Part shown: one piece after another, positions 36,379-37,800 of the stretch
Layout of the letters: each line of letters opens with the position of its first letter
Numbering within the stretch: position 1 is the stretch's first letter
Assembly (NCBI RefSeq): GCF_001194135.2
Contig: NC_068981.1
Coordinates: 94,607,366-94,645,165 of the forward strand
Reading direction: 5' to 3'
Origin: Octopus bimaculoides
Lineage: Eukaryota
DNA: 37,800 nt
Position numbers and translations under genes: made by a program
Notes under the pieces: model-generated
Told to the model about the DNA's origin: nothing
Database searches by the model: none
Seen by the model: only the letters and a program-made list of their open reading frames with translations

Positions 36379-36929
36379 TAATCGCATCAAAAGGCCTTTG
36401 TAAGGGATAATAGGAAAATTCAAACTCAAATAAAAAGAGCCAACCCAAATTGAAGGCGATAAGATATGACGGTAATATAGCCACTCCATCACAAAATCAA
36501 ACAAAAGCATCAACACCAACATCAAACACCTTTATCACAACTTTTACCCTAACTTGCACAACCATAAACGAAAAATAAAATTACGAAAACAAAAAGAAAC
36601 ATGCGAACAACAAAATGACCAACAATCACACACGCATTTAGCTACTTCCTTTATCAACTTCACTGTTGTTCTGAATAGCAACATCGAATTGATTGAAGAA
36701 GTAATTAAGAACAAAATTGTTCTGAAAGGTGAGGCAGGTGTTGTTGAACTCCTACCGAAAACACCATCAGAGAGAATGCTAACAAAAAACCAATAAGAAT
36801 ACTTTTTTTTTTTTTTTTTAGTATATTTTGGAATTCTGTCTTGAAAATGGAAAATTTTTGAAAATGGTAATTAAAAAAATTGCTTTATCTTCACCTAAAG
36901 TTTTTCGTTACTATTGTTATTTTCCAGTT

Positions 36930-37360
36930 TGTGCTTTATTGTGGTGTAGGTATATTCTATCTATATGAGCATTGGATGGTGACTTTACAATACTGTTAGT
37001 AGCTTCTTGACTTTTCTATCCAATCACTTCAAATCACTTAACTTGTAGATTATTCTAGATTATTCTAGATTCTAGATATTAAATGTGTAGCTTTTAACTG
37101 GAACAGTTTATTTATACTCACTATTTTTAACACTGTGTTCAATTCATTCTTTGTTTTTGATGTCAGTGTGAATCTTCTGTAGTACTATTTTTCTAATTCC
37201 CTTTTCCAGTTTAATCTACAAGTATTTGTATGAGTGGTTCCGCTCTAATTCTTCATTCAACTGTTTGTATCTAATTATATGTTCTCGGTTTTAGCTAGTG
37301 TAACTCTTTTTATAATAGTTCCGGCGCTTTTTTCTAAATCCATACCAACTTTTAAACGTT
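36930..37360 (-). mobile_element. Old R4/Dong-like RT C-terminal fragment
   Basis: rc shows ERNHSYKYL-like and RKIVLQKIH/RKEYYRR-like traces; homologous to 35340-35940. Confidence 0.6.
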
Positions 37361-37423
37361 AGCTGAATTTATAAACAATATTTCCAGTTGATTTTTTCCA
37401 AATGTGCAGTAAATATTTTAAAG

Positions 37424-37800
37424 TTATTATTATTATTATTATTTTATGTTTGACTTTTGTTTTGCATTTGTACAAGTTGGATCCAAGTCTCACCCAGAGA
37501 CCTCAAGAGACAACAAGTTAAAAGTTCATGTGTTATGCCTAGGGTACCATATATTTGGATTTGTACAGTTTTGTTCAAGTGAATGTTTAAGAAACCATAA
37601 GAAAATTATGTGTTTGCTTTAAAATTTGAGATCACATAGACAGTATTTTACGTAGGATATGGGCAGTTCCCATGAGCACTATCTTTTGAACTTCAGCCAT
37701 TTTGGAGTTTCCTGGTATCTGAGCTAGGTAGTAATCAGCCCGTTTCGCTGTCATTCCCAGGGCACCTATGACAATAGGTATTGTTTTCGTCTTCAGATTC
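37424..37800 (-). mobile_element. R4/Dong-like LINE family 2, 3' end with (TAA)n tail, running off the window edge
   Basis: Intact frame 37799-37632: NLKTKTIPIVIGALGMTAKRADYYLAQIPGNSKMAEVQKIVLMGTAHILRKILSM*. A ~190-nt UTR follows, then (TAA)n at 37424-37443. Confidence 0.9.

Noticed and set aside
36554-36796. 80-aa plus-strand ORF
   Set aside because: No recognisable domain or splice signals, and A-rich low complexity.

Overview
AT-rich eukaryotic intronic/intergenic DNA from a gapped short-read assembly; the N-runs sit next to microsatellites. The SINE and LINE repertoire points to an octopus genome (pattern recognition, not a database result). Most of the window is transposon debris: three tRNA-derived SINE families (here A, B, C), fragments of CR1, L2/Daphne-like, I/Jockey-group, Tx1-like and R4/Dong (RLE-type) LINEs, Penelope-like pieces (one with a decayed hammerhead ribozyme), a dead Chapaev3-type (CMC) transposase, MITEs and many microsatellites. 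There is no complete gene, rRNA, true tRNA, CRISPR array or prokaryotic system. Host coding evidence is limited to one good minus-strand exon candidate (2141-2324, Death-fold-like) and a phase-compatible chain of small plus-strand exon candidates (14057-14087, 25201/25218-25330, 34719-34745). The most notable structures are a perfect 39-bp-arm hairpin, inverted SINE pairs that enclose splice-site-bearing segments, a ~1 kb foldback repeat, two RLE-LINE families tied to different microsatellites, and a 214-bp local templated duplication. I did not find a convincing new multi-gene system. Boundaries of degenerate elements are approximate.
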